From positions 7,508 through 71,507 of IMG/VR virus record IMGVR_UViG_3300025141_000065: DNA of 64,000 bases; one strand, 5' to 3'. Of this stretch, positions 8,726-17,994 are shown piece after piece. The position numbers and the translations under genes are program-made. This stretch comes from a virus. Below the pieces are notes generated by a model. That model was not told the origin of the DNA and searched no databases. It saw only the letters and a list, made by a program, of their open reading frames with translations. The first letter of the stretch is position 1. Each line of letters opens with the position of its first letter.

Positions 8726-8870
8726 AAGGTTTTTCCCCTATCTGTACCAAACATCTTCTACAAAGAAAAACACTTTTTTGCATTGAATTACTTGCCTCCC
8801 ATACTTCAATTATAGGTGGTGTTGAATTATGTCCCATTAATCTACACAACAAGTATTTTAAGTTAATCAT
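8718..8870 (-). CDS. small protein, DUF1660-like (LLCRLMGH...CRRC)
   Basis: 50-aa ORF read by hand, directly after an AGTATAATA motif. Confidence 0.45.
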   Translation of the reverse strand: MINLKYLLCRLMGHNSTPPIIEVWEASNSMQKSVFLCRRCLVQIGEKPFV

Positions 8871-9144
8871 ATCATATTATACTAATACTATTCATCATTA
8901 CGGCGATTAATATTAATCCTCGTTTCTATTTCTTGGATTCTAAAAGCTAATAAATCTATCTTGTCTATAATATTTAAGATTTGTTTATCAATCTTTTCAT
9001 AAGATTCTCTAGCGTCATCATTCATTTGAATAAGATACTGCATAATATTTGACATGTGATACCTCTTAACTTATTTTAAGCTAAGTATACCTAATCAGTC
9101 AAACATATTAATACTAGTAATTACCATACCCCCCTATTCTGCTA

Positions 9145-9426
9145 TTACTTTTCTTTTCCGAACACACTTCCTGTTAATAAAGCACCGAAAGCTAAGTGGA
9201 ATAACCCACCACCCTTCAATGTAAAAGGTTCGTGTTGAGATACGAGTTTCTTTAGATATTCCATCTGTACTAAAGGGTCTTCAATTGCTTGTAGATGACT
9301 CATATAATCAGCTAAATCTAAACCTATTCTTGCAAACCCATAATAAATAGGAACTACCATAAAATCATATATGCAGATTACTAAGTAGACTATTAAAGCC
9401 GTCCATCGCCATCTCATAATACTCAT
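9145..9426 (-). CDS. putative holin-like membrane protein (GTA_holin_3TM-like)
   Basis: WR...YLVICIYDF..P ... PFTLKGGGLFHLAFGALL pattern; hydrophobic helices. Confidence 0.55.
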   Translation of the reverse strand: MSIMRWRWTALIVYLVICIYDFMVVPIYYGFARIGLDLADYMSHLQAIEDPLVQMEYLKKLVSQHEPFTLKGGGLFHLAFGALLTGSVFGKEK

Positions 9427-9433
9427 CTTTTAA

Positions 9434-9658
9434 CTACTCCGGAATAACGATGTTGTCTATAAGTTTTATTGCGCTAGCACTAAACTCTTTTAGTTCCTTT
9501 ACAATTACTTTTTTCTCAGCCATAGTAATCTTTTTATCTTTCAACGCAGCCCCAAGAGCTTTTATAACGTCCATCCCCTCTTTTAAAACCTTCTTACCTT
9601 GAACTGATTGCCCAGAATTTAACTGAACAAACGTAATAATTAAACTAATTATATTCAT
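9434..9658 (-). CDS. small amphipathic basic protein
   Basis: AAGGAG RBS; ALKDKKIT..EK motif. Confidence 0.6.
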   Translation of the reverse strand: MNIISLIITFVQLNSGQSVQGKKVLKEGMDVIKALGAALKDKKITMAEKKVIVKELKEFSASAIKLIDNIVIPE

Positions 9659-9855
9659 AATAGATTCTCCTTATCTAAATCGTCTTCTTCACATAAACAC
9701 TGACCATTCCCACAAATACAAGATGATATAATTTCTTGAGAGCAGTCATAACAGTCGCAATCGCATATGCATAATATTTCTGTACATAAGCATTCGCCGG
9801 TTTCCACACAGTCACAATCGTTATTCATTAATGTCATAACAACAACCTCATTCAT
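9655..9855 (-). CDS. Cys-rich metallothionein-like protein
   Basis: 13 Cys, mostly in CxC motifs; acidic. Confidence 0.55.
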   Translation of the reverse strand: MNEVVVMTLMNNDCDCVETGECLCTEILCICDCDCYDCSQEIISSCICGNGQCLCEEDDLDKENLL

Positions 9856-10006
9856 TTTCTAAAACCTTCATTCCCAAAGCTATTACGCCACCTATTGTGC
9901 CTGTAGCAATCTCAGGCATACCATTAGTAGCCCCAATATAAGCTAAAACTCCTAAGACTAAAATAGCTAAAAATATTTGTGGTCTGAATTTACCAATAAA
10001 TTTCAT
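9848..10006 (-). CDS. small two-helix membrane protein (52 aa, not in ORF track)
   Basis: MKFIGKFRPQIFLAILVLGVLAYIGATNGMPEIATGTIGGVIALGMKVLENE; RBS upstream. Confidence 0.6.
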   Translation of the reverse strand: MKFIGKFRPQIFLAILVLGVLAYIGATNGMPEIATGTIGGVIALGMKVLENE

Positions 10007-10036
10007 TTCAGTCTTCTTCCCTTAAACTATATTAAA

Positions 10037-11416
10037 TTATTCTTTTAATGCTTCTGCAATCTCATCCCGTTTTTTAGCCCCAGCACTACCTTCTGAGAAG
10101 TCTTTATGTCCCTGTTTCTTAGCCTGTGCTGTTGCAACCGCAAATGGATTTTCCACATCTTTTTCTATTATACCCATGAACGCTGATTTTTCTTGAAAAC
10201 AATTTTCACAGTTACATGAATCTTTAACTAAATGTTTAGTTCGATTTAGTGGATCATTCTTAAGCCAGTCATTTAATACTGTTGTCTTAGCTACTGACTG
10301 AGGTAGGTTTAATTTTTTTAAAGGTACACCCATAAGCGTTTTCATTAACGGATCAAAATCATTCACCACATCGTTTTGTGATAAGGAAAGAAATTTATTT
10401 TTAAAATTAGATAAATAAGACACTTTCCCTTCAACTCGCAACATGAGTTTATCTATGAAACTTATACCAACATCCTGTAGCAGTTTATTTGGTACTTTCT
10501 TACCTTCATATATAGCATCTTCTAAATATTTTTTATACCCTCTCGCTCTATCTTCAGAAGTAGCTCCATTATTATATTCCTTTGAATAAACATGGAGTAT
10601 ATCTTCTGTACTAGCCCCACTGGCCTCCGCCATTCCTAAAAATGTAGTCCCCGGCAGACTACTACCATATAGGGGGTCCATTTTGTATCTATAAGCACGT
10701 TTACTTTTTCTGTAGTCTTCTATGTCATCCAATTGTCTCTGACTTTTTCCAGAACGTTTGTATGGATTCACTGCCTTACCTTTCTTTGCAGTCACCTCGA
10801 ATTCATTTTGCGCCATTTCCCACGGAAGTTTCTGTACTGCAGCAGGTCGAGCTGATTGCCTAACAGTGGGACGATGGGCGGCTGCTATTGTTTTATCGAA
10901 GTCTTCTCCTGCAAGATTTGGTAGTATTTTAACACCATATTTTTCCCCAAGATGCTTAGCCATCTCCTTTCTATGACGTACTGAATCTTCATCCCTACCA
11001 TAATGATTTTGGTCCTCCACATTCAAAGCAAAGGACTTAAGAGGAGGTTTACCAGCTAATATATCTTCCAGAGTCTTAACAATAACTCCACCATCAAGAT
11101 TTAAGGCTTCAGCTTCATCGTAGACTTCCCCTGTAAATCCACCCTTCTCCTTTGAATAATTAGGATGTTCTTTAAGGGATTGTATAAGTTGCTTGGTCTG
11201 TTCTCCCGGTGATTTTTTCGTATCCTTTTGACCGGGAATCCAATAGCTTGTGCCACCTTCAGTTTGGAGTTCTCTTACACCTTCAGGAGGTGGTTTTGAA
11301 GATGAATAAACCGCTCCGGGGGGCAAAGCTTCCTTTTTAAACTCCATTTTTAAAAGTTTAATAACCCCATCCTTTACGGAATCATCATATAATTCTCCAA
11401 AATTGAATTTGGTCAT
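10037..11416 (-). CDS. putative internal head/morphogenesis protein
   Basis: Follows the prohead protease; mosaic; many hydrophobic-x-K motifs; ENPFAVATAQAKK near the C-terminus. Confidence 0.5.
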   Translation of the reverse strand: MTKFNFGELYDDSVKDGVIKLLKMEFKKEALPPGAVYSSSKPPPEGVRELQTEGGTSYWIPGQKDTKKSPGEQTKQLIQSLKEHPNYSKEKGGFTGEVYDEAEALNLDGGVIVKTLEDILAGKPPLKSFALNVEDQNHYGRDEDSVRHRKEMAKHLGEKYGVKILPNLAGEDFDKTIAAAHRPTVRQSARPAAVQKLPWEMAQNEFEVTAKKGKAVNPYKRSGKSQRQLDDIEDYRKSKRAYRYKMDPLYGSSLPGTTFLGMAEASGASTEDILHVYSKEYNNGATSEDRARGYKKYLEDAIYEGKKVPNKLLQDVGISFIDKLMLRVEGKVSYLSNFKNKFLSLSQNDVVNDFDPLMKTLMGVPLKKLNLPQSVAKTTVLNDWLKNDPLNRTKHLVKDSCNCENCFQEKSAFMGIIEKDVENPFAVATAQAKKQGHKDFSEGSAGAKKRDEIAEALKE

Positions 11417-11422
11417 CTTATG

Positions 11423-13312
11423 TTACTTCTTTGAGATGGTTTTGATGTTTTTTCTTTTAGGTTTTACTGCTTCCCTTGAGGCTTTTGAACTAAGTAATTT
11501 AGATGCTCCGAACCCAGCTAATGCAGGCCAAAACCACTTCTCAAGCTCTAAAGTATCTTCGGTATCTTTAGAAATAGTTTTAATGTTCTTTCTTTTAGGT
11601 TTTACTGCCTCTTTTGAAGCTTTCGAACTGAGGAGTTTCCCTGCTGAGAACCCAGCTAATGCAGGCAACCAAGGAAATTTCACTAAGTCGGGTTCAGTAC
11701 CCTTTATATCTTTAGAAATAGTTTTAATATTACTCTTTTTAAATTTAGCATTATCTTTCGATGCTCTTGTACTAAGAATTTTCCCTGCAGCTAAACCTGC
11801 AAGACCAGTTACCGCTGGATTAGCTGCTAAGGCCGCTAATGCCGGTGCTATTTTTTCAATTCTCATTTTTTTAACAGCTTTTGTACCTAAAACTTTATCA
11901 GCAACTCTTTCAGCCACTACTGTGGCAGCTATAGATCCGGGGGTTAGTCCAGCTGCAGGACTTACCCTTACTTTTTTATTAATTGGTTTAGCGTTACTCA
12001 TATAATTATCCTTTTCAATAGATTTTTTCTTTAGTTTACTTCCAGCAACAGCCCCTGCTACTGCTGGCAACACGAAAGGTGCAGCTAAAGCGGCTAACCA
12101 AGGAAATTTCACTAAATCAGGTTGGGTTTCCTCTATATCTTTTTTATGTTCTTTGGTATGTGCTTTAGTCATACTTAATCGCTCTAACATTTTTTCTTTC
12201 ATAGCGGAATCCATATACGTAGACTTCATGTTTTGTCCTGCATCATTAACAACCCAAGGAGGCGAAGGATGCATCGGATCATATTCATCTATTCCTGCAT
12301 CCCGTATACTTTCTTGATCTACATCTGCAGGGAATCCATATTCAGCTAGGAATTGTCTATGTACAAGTCTCCTACCCTCTTCATTTTTTAGGGATGGGAA
12401 AGGATCTTCTCCTAAATCATCAAATATACCTTTGTTCATAAACTTAAGAAAAGATTTTGTGAAATCTATATCTCCATTTGATTTATACATAAGTTCAACT
12501 CCTTTCTCATGTGTTTCTTCTTTAGATACTAAACAACTACCATCTATACAAGAAGAAGTTGCAGCATCCTCAGCTTTTAATATCTCAAAGGAAGCACCTT
12601 GATTAACTCCCTTTTCACATACAGTTACCTCAGCAAGTTCCAATTCATCTACTTGCATTACATTTTGTAATCCTTTTTGTATGTTTTGAGTTTTAGTTGC
12701 ACTCCCAGCAATACTATAGCTTCTTAATTTACCCTCATGAATCTGTTCCATTACCCTCTTAGCAATTTTAGTATCATTCCTAAGTTCAGTAATAAAAAAT
12801 AAACCCTTATCATCTACCCCACTCTTAAAAATCTGTCCGCCCTTTGAAATGTATGCGGGTAAAGCCCAACCTACCTGTACATCAGAGTGTAATACCATAG
12901 CATTTCTTGTACGGAAATTATCCATATATTTTGTAAATGCCTTCCCTAATGCATCTGTAGTTATGAAATGGCCTTCTCTGTCAACTAACTCAATTGAAGC
13001 TGGACCACCAACTACCAAGGAATCGTCATCACCTATTTTCATTTTAGTTAATGCTTTAGAGAAAGTAGAATTATCTGGATAAGCCCTAGATAATGTAAGC
13101 ACTTCAGCAGGACTTGCTATCCCAGCTTTATAAAGTTTTTTATATTCAGTAAGAGCTGGTTCAATGTCATCTAAAGTGGTTCGTCCATCCGTAGCCTTCT
13201 CTAAAAATATAACAGGTTGGTCATTATTAATATCATCAGGCATATAATACCCAGCCCAATCTGATGGGTTTGGTATTGACGTAACTGCTGTTTGAATAGT
13301 TTCTGTAGTCAT
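11423..13312 (-). CDS. prohead (capsid maturation) serine protease with repetitive C-terminal extension
   Basis: GPAS...VDREG, MVLH, GKLRSYSIAG and EVTVCEKGVNQGA.F..LK motifs of HK97/XkdF-type proteases; located in the head module. Confidence 0.85.
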   Translation of the reverse strand: MTTETIQTAVTSIPNPSDWAGYYMPDDINNDQPVIFLEKATDGRTTLDDIEPALTEYKKLYKAGIASPAEVLTLSRAYPDNSTFSKALTKMKIGDDDSLVVGGPASIELVDREGHFITTDALGKAFTKYMDNFRTRNAMVLHSDVQVGWALPAYISKGGQIFKSGVDDKGLFFITELRNDTKIAKRVMEQIHEGKLRSYSIAGSATKTQNIQKGLQNVMQVDELELAEVTVCEKGVNQGASFEILKAEDAATSSCIDGSCLVSKEETHEKGVELMYKSNGDIDFTKSFLKFMNKGIFDDLGEDPFPSLKNEEGRRLVHRQFLAEYGFPADVDQESIRDAGIDEYDPMHPSPPWVVNDAGQNMKSTYMDSAMKEKMLERLSMTKAHTKEHKKDIEETQPDLVKFPWLAALAAPFVLPAVAGAVAGSKLKKKSIEKDNYMSNAKPINKKVRVSPAAGLTPGSIAATVVAERVADKVLGTKAVKKMRIEKIAPALAALAANPAVTGLAGLAAGKILSTRASKDNAKFKKSNIKTISKDIKGTEPDLVKFPWLPALAGFSAGKLLSSKASKEAVKPKRKNIKTISKDTEDTLELEKWFWPALAGFGASKLLSSKASREAVKPKRKNIKTISKK

Positions 13313-13313
13313 T

Positions 13314-14258
13314 TTAACTTCCCCAGATTACACCACTAACTGTTGGTGTGTTTTGTGCCGCTATTATTGAAACCTTCTTAGTGAAATGTAATGGGAAATT
13401 TGTTTCAAACACGCCTTGGCTTGAAGTAGCAACTAATGGTAATATCGGTACTCCAGTTGATGAAGTTGCTGTTTGATCAAAAGCTAAATAAAGTATGTCT
13501 CCACTTGTAGAGGATTCGTTAGTTATCTTAATACCTTTTATAACTGTTATGCCGGGTCTTTTTCTTGACGTAGAAGCATTAGCAGTTCCTGACCATTCAT
13601 AATTAACCCCCGTAGATCCATCTAAGTAGGTGGAAACTGCTGTGGTATCTTCCCTTACTTCAAACATAATCTTATCAGCGTAAAAATTGATGTTATGTTG
13701 TGCATATGAAGTTAAATATAATCTGTATTTAGCGGCAGCGGTACTACCTGCTATTGTGTAAGCAGCAGTTATTCTAGTCCAAGAAGTTGCTAGGCTACTA
13801 GAACCTGATGTTGCTAATACACTTGTACCAGCAGCATCTCGAATCTCTAATTTAACAGTACCTGAAGCTGAAGCACCACGATGTTCTACATTTACAGATA
13901 AATGTTGGGGGTTAACACTAACAGGAACTGTGGGAGATTCCCAGTACCAACCTTCACCTGCCGCACTGTTGTCAGGATTTGCTAGTAAAGAAGCGGCACC
14001 AACGGACTGTTGTCCTGTGTCCCTAGTTATAGAGCTACCCGTAGCAGTGAACCCATCAGCAGAACTAAGTGCCGTCTCAACTCTTGGGTTAGTTACCCAG
14101 TTTGTTGCTATTTCCCCTTGAGCAGCAGATAATATAGTAGATGCTGTAGTGGAAGTAGCTTCCCTAAAGGGATAATATTTTGTGTATGCATGTACAGATT
14201 GTCTTGTAGATGGGTCTATTTCCCATTCTCTATAATCTGTATGTCTTTCATTAGCCAT
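13314..14258 (-). CDS. virion decoration protein with inserted carbohydrate-binding-like domain
   Basis: NWVTNP..E, WTRIT, FYADKIMFE, YLDGS...W.GTANASTS (CBM4/9-like); C-terminus paralogous to 52815..53141. Confidence 0.6.
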   Translation of the reverse strand: MANERHTDYREWEIDPSTRQSVHAYTKYYPFREATSTTASTILSAAQGEIATNWVTNPRVETALSSADGFTATGSSITRDTGQQSVGAASLLANPDNSAAGEGWYWESPTVPVSVNPQHLSVNVEHRGASASGTVKLEIRDAAGTSVLATSGSSSLATSWTRITAAYTIAGSTAAAKYRLYLTSYAQHNINFYADKIMFEVREDTTAVSTYLDGSTGVNYEWSGTANASTSRKRPGITVIKGIKITNESSTSGDILYLAFDQTATSSTGVPILPLVATSSQGVFETNFPLHFTKKVSIIAAQNTPTVSGVIWGS

Positions 14259-14267
14259 GTAATACTC

Positions 14268-14531
14268 CTATTTGTCCATGAAATTAATTAGGGTTATAAA
14301 ACCACCCATTACAGCGGATGTGTGGAGTATTAATACGCTTAAAGCTATAACTACTGTTTTACCGCCATATATTCTGCTTCTCCACATCTTAAAATCATCA
14401 AGAGAATTATGAACGCTTTCTAAACTAGAGCATAAAGTAGCATTTAAAGTATTTTGACTCTCAATATAAGCATCGAGTCGTTCCATATACACTGCTAAAT
14501 TCACTTCGGTTGAATTTGCTATACTGCTCAT
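14268..14531 (-). CDS. coiled-coil protein with C-terminal transmembrane helix
   Basis: AVYMERLD coiled coil followed by a hydrophobic tail (XhlA/holin-like architecture). Confidence 0.5.
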   Translation of the reverse strand: MSSIANSTEVNLAVYMERLDAYIESQNTLNATLCSSLESVHNSLDDFKMWRSRIYGGKTVVIALSVLILHTSAVMGGFITLINFMDK

Positions 14532-14585
14532 TATTTATTCAGTCCCATAAATTATATCTCCCGATTAAAATTTACAAATAAATTT

Positions 14586-14618
14586 AAAAGTAACCACGCC
14601 CCAAATTGGGGCGTGGCT
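14586..14618 (-). terminator. intrinsic terminator
   Basis: CCACGCCCCA/TGGGGCGTGG stem followed by TTACTTTT on the minus strand. Confidence 0.75.
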
Positions 14619-14631
14619 AGATAATTATTTA

Positions 14632-15345
14632 CTACGCATCATAACCGTAAAGTTTAATAATAAACTTGCCAGCCGTATATGTATTATTAGTGCTTCCACC
14701 TGAAGCAACTAGATACAAATATGTGTCAGCTGCTGGTACTGCTGTTAGCCCTTTAGGAGCTAATAGGTTTGTCCAATCAGCTGCTGTAGCTAACAATGCT
14801 GCTTCACTTCCACTAGCATTAATACCAGCCTCTTCTGTTAATGTAGCTACCGTATTTGAGTATAAATCAATGTCAGGCTCTCCACCAGCAGGAGTTTCCA
14901 AACATTGTACATAACCGGATAGGATAGTACCGTTTGTAGCAGCAGTAATCTGTCCATAATGACAGTTTGCAGTATCAGCTTTACCGATAACATCGCCATC
15001 AGCACCACCAGAGTTTAGCCCTGTTACGTCTAATGCGATAGTTGTCTCGATAATATTACCAACCTGAACGACACTGTGCTTTACAATAGCAGCAGCTACT
15101 GCTGAAATCCCAGTTCCTACAGTCATTTGAGCTGTAGTTCCTAATGCTACAGTACCAGTAAATTCGGTAGCTGCTGATGTCACATTAAGAGAATCTCCAT
15201 CCCATGCAATTGTAGCGTCACTGTCCGTACCAAAAATGATAGTTTCATCATCAGCGAAATAGTTAAAGTCATAACCTAATGAAGACCGGGCAAGTACCCT
15301 AGTATCACCAGTTACATCAGACATTTTAAATGAATGTTTTGTCAT
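14632..15345 (-). CDS. capsid decoration/head fibre protein
   Basis: Immediately after the major capsid gene; Gly/Ala/Thr-rich beta protein ending TAGKFIIKLYG. Confidence 0.6.
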   Translation of the reverse strand: MTKHSFKMSDVTGDTRVLARSSLGYDFNYFADDETIIFGTDSDATIAWDGDSLNVTSAATEFTGTVALGTTAQMTVGTGISAVAAAIVKHSVVQVGNIIETTIALDVTGLNSGGADGDVIGKADTANCHYGQITAATNGTILSGYVQCLETPAGGEPDIDLYSNTVATLTEEAGINASGSEAALLATAADWTNLLAPKGLTAVPAADTYLYLVASGGSTNNTYTAGKFIIKLYGYDA

Positions 15346-15407
15346 TTAATTCCTCCAAATTATGGCGATTTTATTGTACCGCCGACATATAAATGTTCAT
15401 TATTTCT

Positions 15408-15440
15408 TAAAATGGAGGGTGGGTTTCCCCACCCCTCATT
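15408..15440 (-). terminator. hairpin/terminator after the major capsid gene
   Basis: GGGGTGGG-GAAA-CCCACCCT stem-loop plus short T-run. Confidence 0.6.
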
Positions 15441-15453
15441 TATAAACCTAAGA

Positions 15454-16788
15454 TTACGAGTTAAGGTCGGCAATCTTAGCTTGTACCCAAATATTCTTAC
15501 ATCGCATCTCACCCATAGTATAGAGCAAGCCCCGTACTACTAGAGCATTAGCAGCGAAGTAATCCCTGTTCTCGATATATTGAGTAGGCTGGGCCACAGC
15601 CATCTCTATATAGTCCGTATCAAGTACATAGACGTTAGAACCTAGAACAGCATCTGCTGTAGATACAGATTTAGGCACATCAGCATCTGGAAGTATAGGA
15701 ATACCTTGATAAGTAGCTAAAACAAGTCCTGTTCTAGTACCCGGATAAGTTCTCTCGGAACCTATGCCAACTTGATATTCCTCTTGTCCCATATACCTTT
15801 GGTTGGAGTTAAGCAATCTTTCAAGATTGAAATATTGATCGTGACCCAAAAGTATTAGTTTTGGCTCTCCACCATTCTGCCTTACTTTCTGTATAGCTGT
15901 ATCTATCAAATTTAAAGATAGAGATCTTCCTGTACCACTATTATATGATACGGAAGCACCAGCATCCCAATCACCAGCAGTTCTACCTGCTAATGTTAGG
16001 TCATAAGCTCTTGTCCTAGCAACACCACCACCAACAGCAGCTCCATCTTCAGAGACGATATCGTCAATTGAAGTCATTCCAGCTCTGGAATATATGTATG
16101 CTATATCACCGTCAGCAAAGGTTGTGCCAGAAGCTACGGTAACTACACCGGTTGAGGTGTTAACTGCGGATACAGCAGAACCAGAAGTTCTGTCATGGTC
16201 AGTTGCTGTAAGGTCATACTGCGCTACTGCATCTCCAATTTTGAAGTGTTTTGCGATAGCGGCAGGAACGGTAAATGAAGTGGTAGCACCAGCAGAGCAT
16301 AAATAAGCTGAACCAGCCATTATTTCCTCATTTATTTCCTTGATGTGGTCTAACTGAGCATTTTCGTTCTCCAATGCCAAAACATCTCCAACACCACCCT
16401 CTAATTGTGCTGTGAAGACTGACTTCACGGAAGCACCGAAAGTGGTTGAAACAATTCTAGGTAAACTAGAAACTGATTCTATATTAGAGACATCTACTGT
16501 TGGTAGAGTTCCAGTCTCAGTTACAGGTCGTGAACGTCCGGAACCTCTATCGGTCCTTACCCTCCAACCTGCTGTGTTTCCCCATACTACGCGAGGAATA
16601 GCGTTGAAGAAGCGAGTTTGGTTATTTAATGCCTGCCAAACTTTTCTTCCATAAGTTGTGTTAAAAATACCTGTAGCAGTATCAACGGTAAAGTATGACT
16701 GCTTTTGCAGATACTCTTCGCCAAATACTGACTGATACAATCCTCGTTGGGACTGCGCCAGATATTCTGATAGACTTGGATTAGCCAT
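15454..16788 (-). CDS. major capsid protein (HK97 fold) with inserted beta domain
   Basis: Follows the scaffold; TYGRKVWQALN, V.E.G.LP, YQGIPILPD.DV, VYVLDTD, GLLYTMGEM.C...QAKI.DL. Confidence 0.85.
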   Translation of the reverse strand: MANPSLSEYLAQSQRGLYQSVFGEEYLQKQSYFTVDTATGIFNTTYGRKVWQALNNQTRFFNAIPRVVWGNTAGWRVRTDRGSGRSRPVTETGTLPTVDVSNIESVSSLPRIVSTTFGASVKSVFTAQLEGGVGDVLALENENAQLDHIKEINEEIMAGSAYLCSAGATTSFTVPAAIAKHFKIGDAVAQYDLTATDHDRTSGSAVSAVNTSTGVVTVASGTTFADGDIAYIYSRAGMTSIDDIVSEDGAAVGGGVARTRAYDLTLAGRTAGDWDAGASVSYNSGTGRSLSLNLIDTAIQKVRQNGGEPKLILLGHDQYFNLERLLNSNQRYMGQEEYQVGIGSERTYPGTRTGLVLATYQGIPILPDADVPKSVSTADAVLGSNVYVLDTDYIEMAVAQPTQYIENRDYFAANALVVRGLLYTMGEMRCKNIWVQAKIADLNS

Positions 16789-16825
16789 TAGCCAATATCC
16801 TCCTGATTATTTATTAATTAATTGT

Positions 16826-17590
16826 TTAACCTAAAAGTTCCCTTGGCACACCGTCAGTATTACCTGTTTGGATGTTGTGTTGTAGATCCCTAAGTTCTTT
16901 ATATGATAATGAAGTCAATTGGTCGGCAACATCACCATTATCGGATTTAACTAGTGGAGTAGTGTCTACTCCTAGACCTGCGGATATTTTAGGAGCTTTA
17001 AGAGAAGTCTGTTCGCTGAAGCCCATCTTTCGTAGACGCTCTTCTGCTACACCCTTACTATCGGTAAGAGCTTTTTCCAAAGCAGAAATCTGCTTCTTCA
17101 TCGACTTCATTTCCTCTGACTCATCATCTTCTTCTTCAGGAATATCAGCTGCTTCATCATCTTCATCCTCATCCTGTTTGTAGGCCATTCCACCCTTCTC
17201 TACGTCATCTTCATCCTCATCTTCTTCATCATTTTTCTTAAGACTTGCTTGAATAGTATTCTGTTGCTCTTCTATGTCTGTAGAAATGTCTGCGTTCTCT
17301 GGACTATCATCTGCAGTAGCTGCAGATCCAACTGACTTAGCAGGTCGTGAATCACCACTAACATCTAAACCAGCTAATTCGTCTTTCAAAACGTTAAGAA
17401 CTTCTCCAGCTATGGATTTTACTAAATCTTCTTTTGCATTGTCACTAGCTTCTTCTTGAGCTAGTTCGAGAGCATAAGACTCTTCTTTAGCCAACCGAGT
17501 ATCCATTTTCTGTAAAACTTCTGCTACAGCAGCCAAAGCAAGGTTAGTACCTTCCATTTGTTTTTCGATGCGTTCTGTTACATCTGCCAT
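16826..17590 (-). CDS. capsid scaffold protein
   Basis: Acidic, coiled-coil, directly upstream of the capsid gene, many hydrophobic-x-K sites; strong GGAGG RBS. Confidence 0.7.
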   Translation of the reverse strand: MADVTERIEKQMEGTNLALAAVAEVLQKMDTRLAKEESYALELAQEEASDNAKEDLVKSIAGEVLNVLKDELAGLDVSGDSRPAKSVGSAATADDSPENADISTDIEEQQNTIQASLKKNDEEDEDEDDVEKGGMAYKQDEDEDDEAADIPEEEDDESEEMKSMKKQISALEKALTDSKGVAEERLRKMGFSEQTSLKAPKISAGLGVDTTPLVKSDNGDVADQLTSLSYKELRDLQHNIQTGNTDGVPRELLG

Positions 17591-17702
17591 AAAACCATAC
17601 CTCCCTGAGATAAATTAATTTTTATCCATCGTGAAGGTTGGTCTGAGCCACCTCCGACCTCCATAATAGAACTAAATGTAACGCTATTTTATAACGTCAA
17701 TA

Positions 17703-17711
17703 TATTATACT
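17703..17711 (-). promoter_or_regulatory. putative late promoter AGTATAATA (scaffold-capsid operon)
   Basis: Same 9-mer recurs upstream of minus-strand gene starts at 8875, 18559, 23466, 55265, 55923 and 57677. Confidence 0.6.
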
Positions 17712-17766
17712 CATTAAACTTGAAAATCCTACAGTAAAGTTATAAATTATATAAGTTATATTATAT

Positions 17767-17985
17767 TTATGTGTTTTCTGAGGTATCCGGCACTCCATTT
17801 GAATCTAAAAAGATCATTTCCTTCCTAAAATCATAGAGGGGTATCTGTATAAGTTTCTTTTGTTTCTCTAATTGACTGCCTTCTGGAGTAAACGCTTCAA
17901 TTAAATCCAAAATTTTACCCACCATTCTGCTATGTCTTGCTATTATATAATCTTGTTCTGGGGTTACTTTACGCACATCTACCAT
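17767..17985 (-). CDS. hypothetical protein
   Basis: AGGAGG RBS. Confidence 0.65.
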   Translation of the reverse strand: MVDVRKVTPEQDYIIARHSRMVGKILDLIEAFTPEGSQLEKQKKLIQIPLYDFRKEMIFLDSNGVPDTSENT

Positions 17986-17994
17986 TATTTCCTC

